Shown here piece after piece: positions 47,457 to 57,187 of a stretch of 64,000 bases of DNA. The notes under the pieces are model-generated. The model ran no database searches, had not been told where the DNA came from, and worked only from the letters and a program-made list of their open reading frames with translations. The position numbers and the translations under genes were made by a program. Origin of the DNA: Labilithrix sp. (GTDB lineage: Bacteria > Myxococcota_A > Polyangia > Polyangiales > Polyangiaceae); assembly GCA_046351255.1 (NCBI GenBank), contig JAXLYU010000005.1:1146583-1210582 (forward strand). Reading direction: 5' to 3'. Position 1 is the stretch's first letter. Each line of letters starts with the position of its first letter.

Positions 47457-48058
47457 GGTTCGAGCTCGGCCACGCCTGGAAGGACGAAGCTCGCCTCGCC
47501 GAGGCGTGGCGGGCGGCGACACCATTTCCCCATCTGATCTTCGACGATCTCCTCGCCGCCGGGCCGCTGTCCGAGCTCATGGCGGTTCTGGAAGAGGAGG
47601 CAATTGACCATTACGAGAACGATATTTACTCGTTCGACGCGTCCTCTCCGACGGCGATCTCCGAGCCGCTCCGGCGCGTGCGCGACGCATTCGGCCAGAC
47701 GTTCGCGCCCCCGCTCGCTCGCATCACCGGCAAGCCGGTGAGCCACGCCGATATGCGCGCTTACGCCTACCGGCCGGGGCATTTCTTGCTCCCGCACTCC
47801 GATCATCAGACGGGCGTGGGCCGGCAGCTGGCGTATGCCTACTACGCGCCTTCCCCCGAGCCGCCCGATGACGGGGCGCTCGAGCTCTATCGTTGCGAGC
47901 TCGAGGACGGGGAGGTCGTGCACGCGGAGAGCGCTCGCCTCATCGAGCCGCGCGCGAATCGCCTCGTCGTCTTCGACGTGAGCGACGTGTCGCTCCACCA
48001 GGTGCGCGAGGTCATGGCGGGCCTCCGCGTGTCGCTCGCGGGATGGTTCTACCCATGA
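47453..48058 (+). CDS. 2OG-Fe(II) oxygenase (prolyl-hydroxylase-like; PF13640-type)
   Basis: ATGA overlap with the topo-RecQ stop. [14 protein letters not shown] (HxD), VSLHQV (distal His), RVSLAGWF (2OG-binding Arg-x-Ser and the C-terminal W-F typical of this family). Confidence 0.65.
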   Translation: MRFELGHAWKDEARLAEAWRAATPFPHLIFDDLLAAGPLSELMAVLEEEAIDHYENDIYSFDASSPTAISEPLRRVRDAFGQTFAPPLARITGKPVSHADMRAYAYRPGHFLLPHSDHQTGVGRQLAYAYYAPSPEPPDDGALELYRCELEDGEVVHAESARLIEPRANRLVVFDVSDVSLHQVREVMAGLRVSLAGWFYP

Positions 48059-48582
48059 CCACCGCGAGCGCTCGCCTCTGGCGATCGGCGACGATGCCTG
48101 CGGTCGTCGTGCCGGATGCGATCGGCTCCGAGCTCGCGGCAGACGCCCGCGCTCGCCTCGAACGGGCGGGCTATTCGCGATACGGCCGCATCGATCGAGC
48201 GAGCTACGACCACGTCGACGACCCGCCGCTGCCCGAGCTCGTCGAGGCCCTCTTGGGCATCGCAGAGGCGGTGACGGGCCGCGCCGGGAAGGTCTCGGCG
48301 GTGCGCGCGATCCGCCTCGAGCCCGGCGATTATCTCCTCACCCGACACGACCGCGTTCTCGACGACCGGCCGCTCGAGCTGGTGCTCGATCTGTCCGCCT
48401 CGCCCGTCGATCGTGCGGAGGTTCACTTCCGCCACCGCGGGCAAGTGTTCTTCACGATGACGTCGCAGCCCGGCGCGCTGGCCATCGTCGAGCGCGGCCC
48501 GACCGTGATGAGCAATCACACGTACGTCAGCAAGCGGCTCCGCGGCTCGGTGGTGCGCCTGGTCGTCCATCTGGCCGCATAG
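48055..48582 (+). CDS. 2OG-Fe(II) oxygenase-like paralog with degenerate metal-binding motif
   Basis: ATGA overlap with the upstream oxygenase. Similar spacing but HxD replaced by YLLTRHDRV. 175 aa. Confidence 0.45.
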   Translation: MTTASARLWRSATMPAVVVPDAIGSELAADARARLERAGYSRYGRIDRASYDHVDDPPLPELVEALLGIAEAVTGRAGKVSAVRAIRLEPGDYLLTRHDRVLDDRPLELVLDLSASPVDRAEVHFRHRGQVFFTMTSQPGALAIVERGPTVMSNHTYVSKRLRGSVVRLVVHLAA

Positions 48583-48587
48583 GGCGA

Positions 48588-49472
48588 TCAGGGACTCGCG
48601 GCGAGCCGTCGCAGCATGTCTCGCGCGCTCGACGTGACGATGCCGACGACGTTGCCGCCGTCGCAGCTCCCGGGATGCGTGATCGTGCCCGGCAGCGGGC
48701 CGCCGGAGACGACCGCGACGACCTCGAATCCGGTCGCGGTCGGCCGGAGCATCGGTCCGCCCGAGTCGCCATGGCAGGTCTGAACGGCTGGCGCGGAGAG
48801 ATAGGCCTCGTAGCCGGCGAGCAGCGTGCGGCGGTAGGTGAGCGTGAAGTCTTCGACCTCGAACTCGCCCAGATCGTGGCCCGAGTGCTCCGCCGCGGCG
48901 TCGAGCCAGCGATCGAGCGTGGTGTATCGAAGCGGGAGCGGCGCGCCGCTCACGGCGAGCACCGAGAGCGGGCCGGCCTTGCGCGTATCCGCCGAGCCGC
49001 CCGTGCCCTGGGCGCCGTAGCCGACGGCGACGACCGTCTTGCCGACGTCGGTCGCGTCGAGCGCGCGCGTGGCGACGGCGACGGGCGCGATGTCCGTGAT
49101 CGCCTCCGCGAGGATCACGCCCGCGACGTCGCTCCCGAGACGCATGAAGCCTCCGCGCTCGGGCAGGGCGCGCTCGAACCGATCGATGGCGACGACCCGG
49201 TCCGGGTGGCGCGCGTCGGCGCCGAACGCGAAGGCGGCGTCCGCGGGGAGATCGAGCGTGCAGTGCTTCGCCGTCACCACCACGCGCGGCGCGACGAGCG
49301 TGCCGGTGCAGAACGACTTGCGATGCGCGTCGTCTCCGGTGACGAACGCGCCGACCGCGACGTGGCGGGCGTCGGCCTCGCCGCCGATGAGGGCGTCGTC
49401 GCCGCCGGTCACGTCATCGGCGGGCGACGAGCACCCGAAGACGACCAGCGCGAGCAGTCCCGACCAACGCAC
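48588..49472 (-). CDS. Secreted trypsin-like (S1 family) serine protease lipoprotein
   Basis: Lipobox FGCSS. LIGGEAD...FCTGTLVAPRVVVTAKHC (His active-site motif) and CHGDSGGP (Ser active site). Confidence 0.8.
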   Translation of the reverse strand: MRWSGLLALVVFGCSSPADDVTGGDDALIGGEADARHVAVGAFVTGDDAHRKSFCTGTLVAPRVVVTAKHCTLDLPADAAFAFGADARHPDRVVAIDRFERALPERGGFMRLGSDVAGVILAEAITDIAPVAVATRALDATDVGKTVVAVGYGAQGTGGSADTRKAGPLSVLAVSGAPLPLRYTTLDRWLDAAAEHSGHDLGEFEVEDFTLTYRRTLLAGYEAYLSAPAVQTCHGDSGGPMLRPTATGFEVVAVVSGGPLPGTITHPGSCDGGNVVGIVTSSARDMLRRLAASP

Positions 49473-49508
49473 GCCGGCACAAAAGCACGTATTTGCGCCC
49501 GCGCAAGC

Positions 49509-50609
49509 CTAAGCGCGTCGCTGCGCCTCCAGCCGGTCGTAGTGGCGGTAGCCGAGCTTTTCGATCGTGCTCTTCGGGGCGAGGCCGATGTCGACGAGCG
49601 TCTTCAGCGCATAGGTGCCCGCAAGCACCGGTGGCCCGTAATTCTTGCGCTCTTCCAGGCCGAGGAACGGCTTCAGCGGGTAGAGGATGCGGTTCGGGTT
49701 TGCGTGCACGAAATGCGCAGCCGAGTCCCGGGCCCAGCCCGCGACGCCCGGCGCGGTGATGACGTGCGGCGTGGCGACGAAGCGCCCGCCGGTGAGGATC
49801 TCGAGCTGCTGCCCGATCTGCGCCACGATGCAGCCCTCCGGCGGACGACCGCGGACCTGCACGCCCGCCGGATTCTCGGGCGTGCCGCGCGTGCGGAGGA
49901 AGAGCCCGCTCTTGTCGTCGGGCTTCGGGGCCGTCTTGCCTTCGGGGCTCACGAAGCGTCCGCCGGGGAGGAGCGTCAGCAGGTTGAAGTCGGTGTGCTC
50001 CTCGCCCCAGAGGATGCCCTTGTCGATCTGATCGGGCTTCAGCGCGAGGTAGTGGAGGATGCGCGTGACGTGAGCGCCGCCCTCGCAGACGTCGACGAAG
50101 ACGCCGGGCTCGAGGCCCAGCGCTCGGGCCGCGCCGCGCAGGAGCTCGTTGCCGGCCTCGTGGAGCGCGCGCCCCATCTCGATGTACTCGCGCCGCCACG
50201 TCTCCGCGTTCGGGATCGTCTCCGGCCAGACGTTCGCGCAGAAGATCTCCGGATACTGCGCCGCGATCTCGGGATCGCTGTCGTACGGCGCCGCGAAGTA
50301 GCACTCCTTGAAGTCGGGCTGACCGCCGCCCGCGACCGCGGTCTCGGTGTTCGGCGGCGTCCAGCCGCGCTGGTACCACTCGGCGCGGCGCGCGAGGCGC
50401 TCCTTCTCGTCGGGCGGGAGCTTCGTGATGGCGCGGAAGCCGTCGAACACGCGACCTACGGCCTCCTGATCGACGCCGTGGCCTTTCACGTAGACGAGAC
50501 CGTAGACGCCGAACGCCTCGCGGAGCGAAGCGCAGGCGGTCTCGAGGCGGGCCGGGTCGTTGGAGCGGAGATCGTCGAGGTCGACGGTGGGAATCGCAGG
50601 AGCGGACAT
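49509..50609 (-). CDS. 2OG-Fe(II) oxygenase, isopenicillin-N-synthase-like family
   Basis: N-terminal non-haem dioxygenase region (VDLDDL...), WGEEHTDFNLLTLL (HxD), ATPHVI (distal His). Confidence 0.7.
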   Translation of the reverse strand: MSAPAIPTVDLDDLRSNDPARLETACASLREAFGVYGLVYVKGHGVDQEAVGRVFDGFRAITKLPPDEKERLARRAEWYQRGWTPPNTETAVAGGGQPDFKECYFAAPYDSDPEIAAQYPEIFCANVWPETIPNAETWRREYIEMGRALHEAGNELLRGAARALGLEPGVFVDVCEGGAHVTRILHYLALKPDQIDKGILWGEEHTDFNLLTLLPGGRFVSPEGKTAPKPDDKSGLFLRTRGTPENPAGVQVRGRPPEGCIVAQIGQQLEILTGGRFVATPHVITAPGVAGWARDSAAHFVHANPNRILYPLKPFLGLEERKNYGPPVLAGTYALKTLVDIGLAPKSTIEKLGYRHYDRLEAQRRA

Positions 50610-50779
50610 GCTGAGGCGCCCCAGCGTACTGCGATCACGATCGGGGTGATGACCGCGGTCATGGTTCAGGCGCTCGAGATCGCACGCCTTCGGCGAGGGT
50701 GGGGAGAGCGCTATCCGCCCCGGCTTTTCCGAGGCTTCCGCGAATTCTTTCAGGATCTCGCGGCGGCACGAGGTGTGCG

Positions 50780-51676
50780 ATGGGGTGGAATGTGGGCAAG
50801 CTCCTCTCCTTTGGTCACTTCAGAATTCTCGCGCTAGCGGCCTTTGCGTCGTTCGCGGCGACGGCGCTCGGCTGCGCGGCGCCGACCGCGGACAGCGAAG
50901 ACGAAGAAGAGCAAGGCTCGACCGAGAGCAGCATCGTGCAGAACGGTGGTGGCGCGTGCCCGGTCGATGCGCGCATGTCGCAAGGCTTCAGCCGCGCGCA
51001 CGATGGCGTCGATCTCGCCAACAAGATCGGCACGCCGATCTTCGCGGTCATGGCCGGCAAGGTCGTCGCGTCCGGTCCGGCGCAGGGCTACGGCCAGTGG
51101 ATCCGCATCCAGCACAACGACGGCAGCATGACCGAGTACGGACACATGTCGAAGCGCCTCGTGCAGGTCGGCGCGACGGTCAAGGCCGGCCAGAAGATCG
51201 CGCTCGTCGGGTCGGAAGGTCGTTCGACGGGCCCGCATCTCCATCTCCGCACGTACCGCAGCGCCGCGAAGAACGGCTCCGGCAACGGCATGAACCCCGT
51301 CGAGTACCTGAAGGCGCGCGGCGTCTCGCTGCCGTGCAAGCCGAGCGGCGTGGTCGACGACGCGCCGCCGGTCGATGTCGCGGGCGAAGGCAACGACGGC
51401 GAGTCGGACGGCTCCGTCACGTTCTGGGCGGCGACCGAGGTCCACACGACGCCGTCGGAAGGGTCGGCCGTGGTCGCGACGGTGCAGGCGAAGGCGACCG
51501 CAGAGGCCGACTGCTGGACCGAAGGCGACACCGTGACCGAGGGCAAGTACTCCCATGACAAATGGGTGAAGGTCGAAGTGAATGGCAAGGAAGGCTTCGT
51601 CAGCGGCGTCTACCTGAAGGGCGACGAGACCGGCGGCATCACGAAACAGTGCGCAGGCGGGACGAACTCCGACTGA
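50780..51676 (+). CDS. M23-family (LytM-type) metallopeptidase lipoprotein with C-terminal SH3-like domain
   Basis: GAGGTG Shine-Dalgarno. Lipobox ALGCAAP. HDGVDLA...GYGQWIRIQHNDGSMTEYGHM...GPHLHL (HxxxD...HxH M23 motifs). Confidence 0.8.
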   Translation: MGWNVGKLLSFGHFRILALAAFASFAATALGCAAPTADSEDEEEQGSTESSIVQNGGGACPVDARMSQGFSRAHDGVDLANKIGTPIFAVMAGKVVASGPAQGYGQWIRIQHNDGSMTEYGHMSKRLVQVGATVKAGQKIALVGSEGRSTGPHLHLRTYRSAAKNGSGNGMNPVEYLKARGVSLPCKPSGVVDDAPPVDVAGEGNDGESDGSVTFWAATEVHTTPSEGSAVVATVQAKATAEADCWTEGDTVTEGKYSHDKWVKVEVNGKEGFVSGVYLKGDETGGITKQCAGGTNSD

Positions 51677-51775
51677 CCACTACGGCTCAATCCGGCACAC
51701 CTCCGCGACCAGGAAATCACGGTTGCCCGCGGATTCTCGCTCGGCACGCGACGTGCTCCGCCAGCGAGAAGAGGT

Positions 51776-53185
51776 ATGCGGATGGCAAAGCTCGGCACAG
51801 TCGCTCTTGGCATGATCGCGGGCGCCGCGGCGCTCGGGGTAGCCCCGGCGGAGGCCCGCGCATGTGGCGGATGCTTCGTCCCGACCGACAATCCCACCGT
51901 CGTCACCGACCATCGCATGATCATGACGATCGCGAAGGACGAGTCGACGCTCTACGACCAGATCAAGTACAGCGGCGACCCTTCGAGCTTCGCCTGGGTG
52001 TTGCCGTACTCGGGTGAGATCAAGGTCGGGCTCTCCGCCGACGTCGTGTTCACCGCGCTCGACTCGCTCACGCAGACCACGATCCTGCCCCCGCCCGGCT
52101 GCGGGAGCTTCAACAATCCGAGCGCGGGCGCGAGCTCCGGCGGCACGAGCGGCACGAGCGGGCAGTCGTCCGGCGGCTCCGGCGGGGTCACCGTCATCAA
52201 GCACGAGGTCGTCGGTCCTTACGACACGGTGCAGCTCGCCGCGACGAACCCGAAGGCGCTCGAGGACTGGTTGAAGGCGAACCTGTTCGTCATTCCCGGT
52301 GACGTCCAGCCGGTCGTCGATCAGTACGTCAACGAGCACTTCAACTTCCTCGCCCTGAGGCTCGTTCCCAACAAGGGTATTCAGGACATGCGCCCAGTGC
52401 GCGTGACGACGAAGGGCGCGAATATCGCGCTTCCGCTGCGCATGGTCGCGGCCGGCACTGGCAGCACGGTCGGTATTTCGCTTTGGGTCATCGGGGAAGG
52501 CCGCTACGAGCCGCAGAACTACGGCTCCTTCATCATCGACGACAACGACCTCGGCTGGGACGTGCCCAATCAGACGAGCAATTACAAGGCGGTGCGAGCG
52601 GCGCTCACCGCCAAAGGCAATAACTCGGTCTGGGAGATCGAGAGCTCGACGTTCCTGAATACGAATCAGCTCTACTCCACGGTCGTCTATTCCTCGGGCA
52701 ACACCTCGTCGAGCGGAGCCAGCGGTCAGAACGGCGCGGACGACGACTATCTGCCGGAGAAGGACGGCGCCGGCAACGTCACGAAGACGGCGACCCAGGT
52801 GCGCGAGGAGGACCTCGACCTCCTCATGCCGGCCGACGCTGCCACGCGGGTCACGCGCATGCGCGCCGACCTCGCCCACACGGCGCTCTCGCGCGACCTC
52901 CTCCTGACCGCCTCGCAGGATCAGTCGCTCCTTTCCAATACGCACCAGCTCTTTCGCTGCGGCCTGCCTGGCGATCCCAGCTCCACGATCATTCGCCCCG
53001 GAGACAACGCCGTCCCCGCCACGAGCAGCGGCTCGGTCACGCCATCGGCCCAGCCGGCGGGCGGCACCGGTGACGGAACATTCACCTGCAATACCGGCCG
53101 CGGAAACGACCGCGCCTTCGGGACGATCGGCTTCTCGATCCTCGGGCTCGCGCTCGCGCGAGCGATCCGTCGTCGCCGCAAGTAG
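51776..53185 (+). CDS. Secreted DUF2330-like protein with MYXO-CTERM-type tag (paralog of 23460..25463)
   Basis: Signal peptide, then ACGGCFVP...HRMIMTIAKDESTLYDQIKYSGDPSSFAWVLPYS. C-terminus ...CNTGRGNDRAFGTIGFSILGLALARAIRRRRK. Confidence 0.7.
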   Translation: MRMAKLGTVALGMIAGAAALGVAPAEARACGGCFVPTDNPTVVTDHRMIMTIAKDESTLYDQIKYSGDPSSFAWVLPYSGEIKVGLSADVVFTALDSLTQTTILPPPGCGSFNNPSAGASSGGTSGTSGQSSGGSGGVTVIKHEVVGPYDTVQLAATNPKALEDWLKANLFVIPGDVQPVVDQYVNEHFNFLALRLVPNKGIQDMRPVRVTTKGANIALPLRMVAAGTGSTVGISLWVIGEGRYEPQNYGSFIIDDNDLGWDVPNQTSNYKAVRAALTAKGNNSVWEIESSTFLNTNQLYSTVVYSSGNTSSSGASGQNGADDDYLPEKDGAGNVTKTATQVREEDLDLLMPADAATRVTRMRADLAHTALSRDLLLTASQDQSLLSNTHQLFRCGLPGDPSSTIIRPGDNAVPATSSGSVTPSAQPAGGTGDGTFTCNTGRGNDRAFGTIGFSILGLALARAIRRRRK

Positions 53186-53337
53186 CCCTCGCCAAGGTGA
53201 TACGTTCGGGCGATGGTGCGTCGTGACGCGAAGGAAGGCCCTTCGGGGCCGGAGTTCGCTCGCTGCGCTTCTTCAGAAGGAAAGCCCGATCTCTGCGCGG
53301 CGAAGATGGCGTGCGAGCAGCCCGAACAGAGGCCCTG

Positions 53338-54687
53338 ATGCTCGAGATCGTCGCGGAGCCGCTGACCCCGGGGACGCTGCTCGCCGATATCTATCGGCTC
53401 GAGCGCGTGCTCGGCCAGGGCGGCATGGGCGTGGTGTGGGCGGCGCGCGACGAGAAGACCGGCCGAGACGTGGCTTTGAAGGTGCTCGCCGACGATCGCG
53501 CGACGGATCCGACGCAGCAGGCACGCATCCTCCGCGAGGCCTCGGCCGCGATGACGATCGATCACCCGAACGTGGTGAAGGTCTCCGCCGTCCTCGAGAC
53601 GGAGGCGGGGGTCCCGTTCATCGTGATGGAGCGTCTCGACGGCGAGCCGCTGCGCGCGCTGCTCCTGCGTCGCGGGACACTCGACGCGGCGACGTGCCTC
53701 CCCATTCTGCTCGGCGTGATCGAGGCGATCGCGGCGGCGCATGCGGCTGGCATCGTTCATCGCGATCTGAAGCCCGAGAACGTCTTCTTGCTCCCGGGCG
53801 GCGGGGTGAAGGTGCTCGACTTCGGCATCGCGAAGCGCATCGCGCGCGGGGACCTCGAGTCGGCCACCGCCGAAGCTTCCCTCACGTCGACCGGCGCCGT
53901 CATCGGCACGCCCTACTACATGGCGCCGGAGCAGGTCTTCGGCGACGAGGATGTCGATGCGCGCGCCGACGTGTGGTCGCTAGGCGTCATCCTCTACGAG
54001 TGTCTCGCCGGCGTGCGTCCGACGGAGGCGGAGGGCTTCGGTCCCATCCTCAAGAAGATCACGTCGGCTCGATTCGACGCGCTGCCGGAGAGCGTGCCTC
54101 CGCGACTGGCGTCGATCGTGATGCGCATGCTCTCGCGCGATCGGGCGGCGCGCCCTTCGCTCGACGAGGTCCGCACGACGCTCTCGAATCTGGACGAGCC
54201 CTCGCCTGCGTCGCTCGCCCGCACCGCCGAGACCACGGCGACGCGCCGGCGGAGCACGCTCGCGATCGCCGTCATCGTCGTCGCCGCGGGGGCTGGTGCG
54301 GTGGCGATGAAGTCGCGCGTCCACGCCGCGGTCGTCGAGCCGTCACTCGAGGCGGGCTCGGACTCGCTCGGCTCGCCCGGAAGCAACGAGGGTCAGCTGT
54401 TCCTCGCGGCCTCGAGCTTCCAGGCCAAGCGCGATGGCAAGTCGTGCCTCGATCGGCTCGACCAGCACGACCGCTTGCCGACGCGCAGTCTTCCGAAGAC
54501 CACCGACATCACGGGTGGCTACTCGGGGGTTCGCGCCACCTGCATGATGCTGGTCGGGGACTGCGAGGAGGGGCGAAAGCTCTATCGCGCATGGCTGCCG
54601 CTCCACACGCCCCTCGCGCAGGACGACGCCTTCTACGACTCCGCCACGGACATGGTCATGAAGCAGTTTTGCCAGCCGAAGCCTTGA
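53338..54687 (+). CDS. Ser/Thr protein kinase (Hanks-type) with C-terminal TM and extracytoplasmic segment
   Basis: LGQGGMGVVWAARD...ALK (ATP site), HRDLKPENVFL (catalytic loop), DFGIA, GTPYYMAPE. TM helice IAVIVVAAGAGAVA. Confidence 0.85.
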   Translation: MLEIVAEPLTPGTLLADIYRLERVLGQGGMGVVWAARDEKTGRDVALKVLADDRATDPTQQARILREASAAMTIDHPNVVKVSAVLETEAGVPFIVMERLDGEPLRALLLRRGTLDAATCLPILLGVIEAIAAAHAAGIVHRDLKPENVFLLPGGGVKVLDFGIAKRIARGDLESATAEASLTSTGAVIGTPYYMAPEQVFGDEDVDARADVWSLGVILYECLAGVRPTEAEGFGPILKKITSARFDALPESVPPRLASIVMRMLSRDRAARPSLDEVRTTLSNLDEPSPASLARTAETTATRRRSTLAIAVIVVAAGAGAVAMKSRVHAAVVEPSLEAGSDSLGSPGSNEGQLFLAASSFQAKRDGKSCLDRLDQHDRLPTRSLPKTTDITGGYSGVRATCMMLVGDCEEGRKLYRAWLPLHTPLAQDDAFYDSATDMVMKQFCQPKP

Positions 54688-57163
54688 GCTCCTCGTGGAG
54701 GACGCGGCCGAGCTCGTCGACGGTGTTGGGCTTCACGACGAGGGCATGAAGGCCGAGCGACTCCGCCGTCCGCACGTCCTCGGCGCGGAAGGCGCCCGAC
54801 GTCACCACGATCGGCACGTCCACGCGCTCTCTTCGCAGCGCTTGCACGAGCTGGAACCCGTTCAAGCCGGGCATGTCGATGTCGGTCACGACCGCGTCGA
54901 AGTCGCCCGGCGCCTTCGCGAAGGCCTCGAGCGCCTCCTGGGAGTCGGTGAAGCTCGTGACGCGATAGCCGATGCGCTGGAGGATACGGGCCGTCAGGAC
55001 CACGAGGGTCTCCTCGTCGTCGACGTGGAGGATGTGCTCGCGACGGACGGTTGCGGGGGAGAGGACCTCGCGCGCCTTCGCCAGGAGCGCGTCCGGCGTG
55101 ATCGGCTTCGGCAGGAACGCGACGCCGGGGTCCAGGAGCCCATGCTTCACCGCGGCGTCCCCGGTGTAGCCGGACATGTAGAGAACATGGATCTCCGGCC
55201 GGAGCTTCTTCACGCTCGCGGCCAGCTCGCGACCCATCGTGTGCGGCAGCACGACGTCGGTGAGGAGCAGGTCGATGCGTCCCTCGTGCCTCTTGCAGAG
55301 CTGGAGCGCGTCGGTCGCGCTGGACGCCGACAGCACGACGTAGCCCGCCCGCCGCAGGATCGCGCACGTGATGGCCCGCACCGCCTCCGCGTCTTCCACG
55401 ACGAGGATGGTCTCCGTGCCCTGCTGCATCGCGGGGCGCGAAGGCTGCTCCGTCGGTGTGCGCGCGGCCTCGGCGGGCTCGTTCGTCTGCGGGAAGTAGA
55501 CCTTGAACGTCGTGCCGACGCCGACCTCGCTGTAGACCCAGATGTGGCCGCCGCTCTGCGTGACGATGCCGTACACGGTCGCGAGCCCCAGTCCGGTGCC
55601 CTTGCCTTTTTCCTTCGTCGTGAAGAACGGCTCGAAGATGCGCTCGCGTGTGGACTCATCCATGCCGTGGCCGTTGTCGGTCACGGCGAGCATCACGTGC
55701 GGCCCAGCCGTCACGCCGTGATGCTCTGCGGCGTAGGTCTCGTCGAGCAGGACGTCGGCCATCTCGACCGTGATCTTGCCGTTCCTCCCCACCGCGTCGC
55801 TGGCGTTGAGGACGAGGTTCATGATCACCTGCTCGATCTGTCCCTGGTCCGCGAAGATGGCGGCGAGCGACTCGGGGCGGATGACGGCGAACGTGACCCC
55901 GTTGTCGAGGACGCGACGGAGCATCCTCTCGAAGCCGCTCACGACCTCGCGGACGTCGAGCCTTCGCGGCGTGGTCGCCTGCTGACTGCTGAACGTCAGC
56001 AGCTGGCGCGTCAGCTCGGACGCGCGCTTTCCCGCGCCGTGAATCTGCTCGAGGTCGCCGCGGAGGGGATCGTCGATCGGCAGACCGCCGATCATGAACG
56101 CAGAGTAGCTGAGGATGACGGAGAGGAGGTTGTTGAAGTCGTGCGCGACGCCGCCCGCGAGACGCCCGATGGCGTCCATCTTCTCCGCTTGGCGGAGCTG
56201 ATCCTCGAGACGGCGTCGCTCGTCGATGTCCTGCAGCGCGCCGTGAATGCGGATGATCTTGCCGGCCGCGTTGCGCTCGGGCGCGCCGATGGCCCGGATC
56301 CACACGCGGCGTCCAGTGGCGGTGATGATCTGGAGCTCCGTGTCGAACGGCGTGCCGTCACGGATGCAGGCATTCATCGTCTTGTTCGCGATGGCCTGAA
56401 ACTCGGGCGCGCAGGACGCGAGCGCGTCTTTCATGCTCGGCGGTGACCCGAGCGGCACCTCGTGCAGCGCGTAGAGCTGCTCCGACCATAGGACGCGCCG
56501 CGACGCGAGATCGACACTCCAGCCGCCGACCTTGGCCGCCATACCGGCGATCCGGAGCTGGGCGATGTTCTCGCGTAGGCGGCTCTCCGCAGCACGCTGC
56601 TCGATCGCGGACCAGCATCGCTCCACCGTCTCCTGGACCAGGGAGACCTCGTGCTTGCTCCAGAGTCGCGGCGCGTTGTGGTTGACGGACATGAGCGCGC
56701 GCAGCTTTCCGTGGCGTATGAGCGCGCAGGCCACGACGGAGCGGAGCTCGATGGCGGCGAAGACCTTCGCTTCGACCTCGGGAAACTCCTCGTGCACGTC
56801 GGTGACGACGAACGGCTCCTTTCCGCTACGCAGCGCGCTCGCGAACCGCGGACCGAAGCTCGAGAGACGGTGCTCGCCCACGATGCTCGCGCAGCCGTCG
56901 CAGTAGTCCTGGGCGACGAAGATGCGGTCCTCGTCGGGATCGAGCTCGCCGTAGACGCACCGCGACACGCCCAGCTTCTGGCCGAGGAGGGTGAGCGACG
57001 CGCGGAGCAGCGCGTTCGCGTCGGGGGCCATGCGCGCGATGGTCGCGAGCTCGTGGAGGAAGCCGAGACGCTCCTCGGCCTCGAGCAGCGCCCTGCGCGT
57101 CTGGGCGTGCTCCAGCCTCAGCGCCGCGAGCTGCGCCGCGAGGTCGTCGACGGCGCGCCCCAT
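54656..57163 (-). CDS. Hybrid sensor kinase: GAF/PAS sensor + HisKA + HATPase + two receiver domains
   Basis: HDFNNLLSVIL (H-box), DNGHGMD...GTGLGLATV (ATPase), two receivers (ILVVEDAEAVR...; HVDDEETLVVL...DIDMPGLNG). Confidence 0.85.
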   Translation of the reverse strand: MGRAVDDLAAQLAALRLEHAQTRRALLEAEERLGFLHELATIARMAPDANALLRASLTLLGQKLGVSRCVYGELDPDEDRIFVAQDYCDGCASIVGEHRLSSFGPRFASALRSGKEPFVVTDVHEEFPEVEAKVFAAIELRSVVACALIRHGKLRALMSVNHNAPRLWSKHEVSLVQETVERCWSAIEQRAAESRLRENIAQLRIAGMAAKVGGWSVDLASRRVLWSEQLYALHEVPLGSPPSMKDALASCAPEFQAIANKTMNACIRDGTPFDTELQIITATGRRVWIRAIGAPERNAAGKIIRIHGALQDIDERRRLEDQLRQAEKMDAIGRLAGGVAHDFNNLLSVILSYSAFMIGGLPIDDPLRGDLEQIHGAGKRASELTRQLLTFSSQQATTPRRLDVREVVSGFERMLRRVLDNGVTFAVIRPESLAAIFADQGQIEQVIMNLVLNASDAVGRNGKITVEMADVLLDETYAAEHHGVTAGPHVMLAVTDNGHGMDESTRERIFEPFFTTKEKGKGTGLGLATVYGIVTQSGGHIWVYSEVGVGTTFKVYFPQTNEPAEAARTPTEQPSRPAMQQGTETILVVEDAEAVRAITCAILRRAGYVVLSASSATDALQLCKRHEGRIDLLLTDVVLPHTMGRELAASVKKLRPEIHVLYMSGYTGDAAVKHGLLDPGVAFLPKPITPDALLAKAREVLSPATVRREHILHVDDEETLVVLTARILQRIGYRVTSFTDSQEALEAFAKAPGDFDAVVTDIDMPGLNGFQLVQALRRERVDVPIVVTSGAFRAEDVRTAESLGLHALVVKPNTVDELGRVLHEELKASAGKTAS

Positions 57164-57187
57164 GCGCAGACCTTATCGCAATTCGTG

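Noticed and set aside
43722-47525. 1267-aa minus-strand ORF antisense to the topo-RecQ gene
   Set aside because: Low-complexity Arg/Leu/Glu/Asp translation. The plus-strand ORF carries complete, ordered topoisomerase and helicase motifs.
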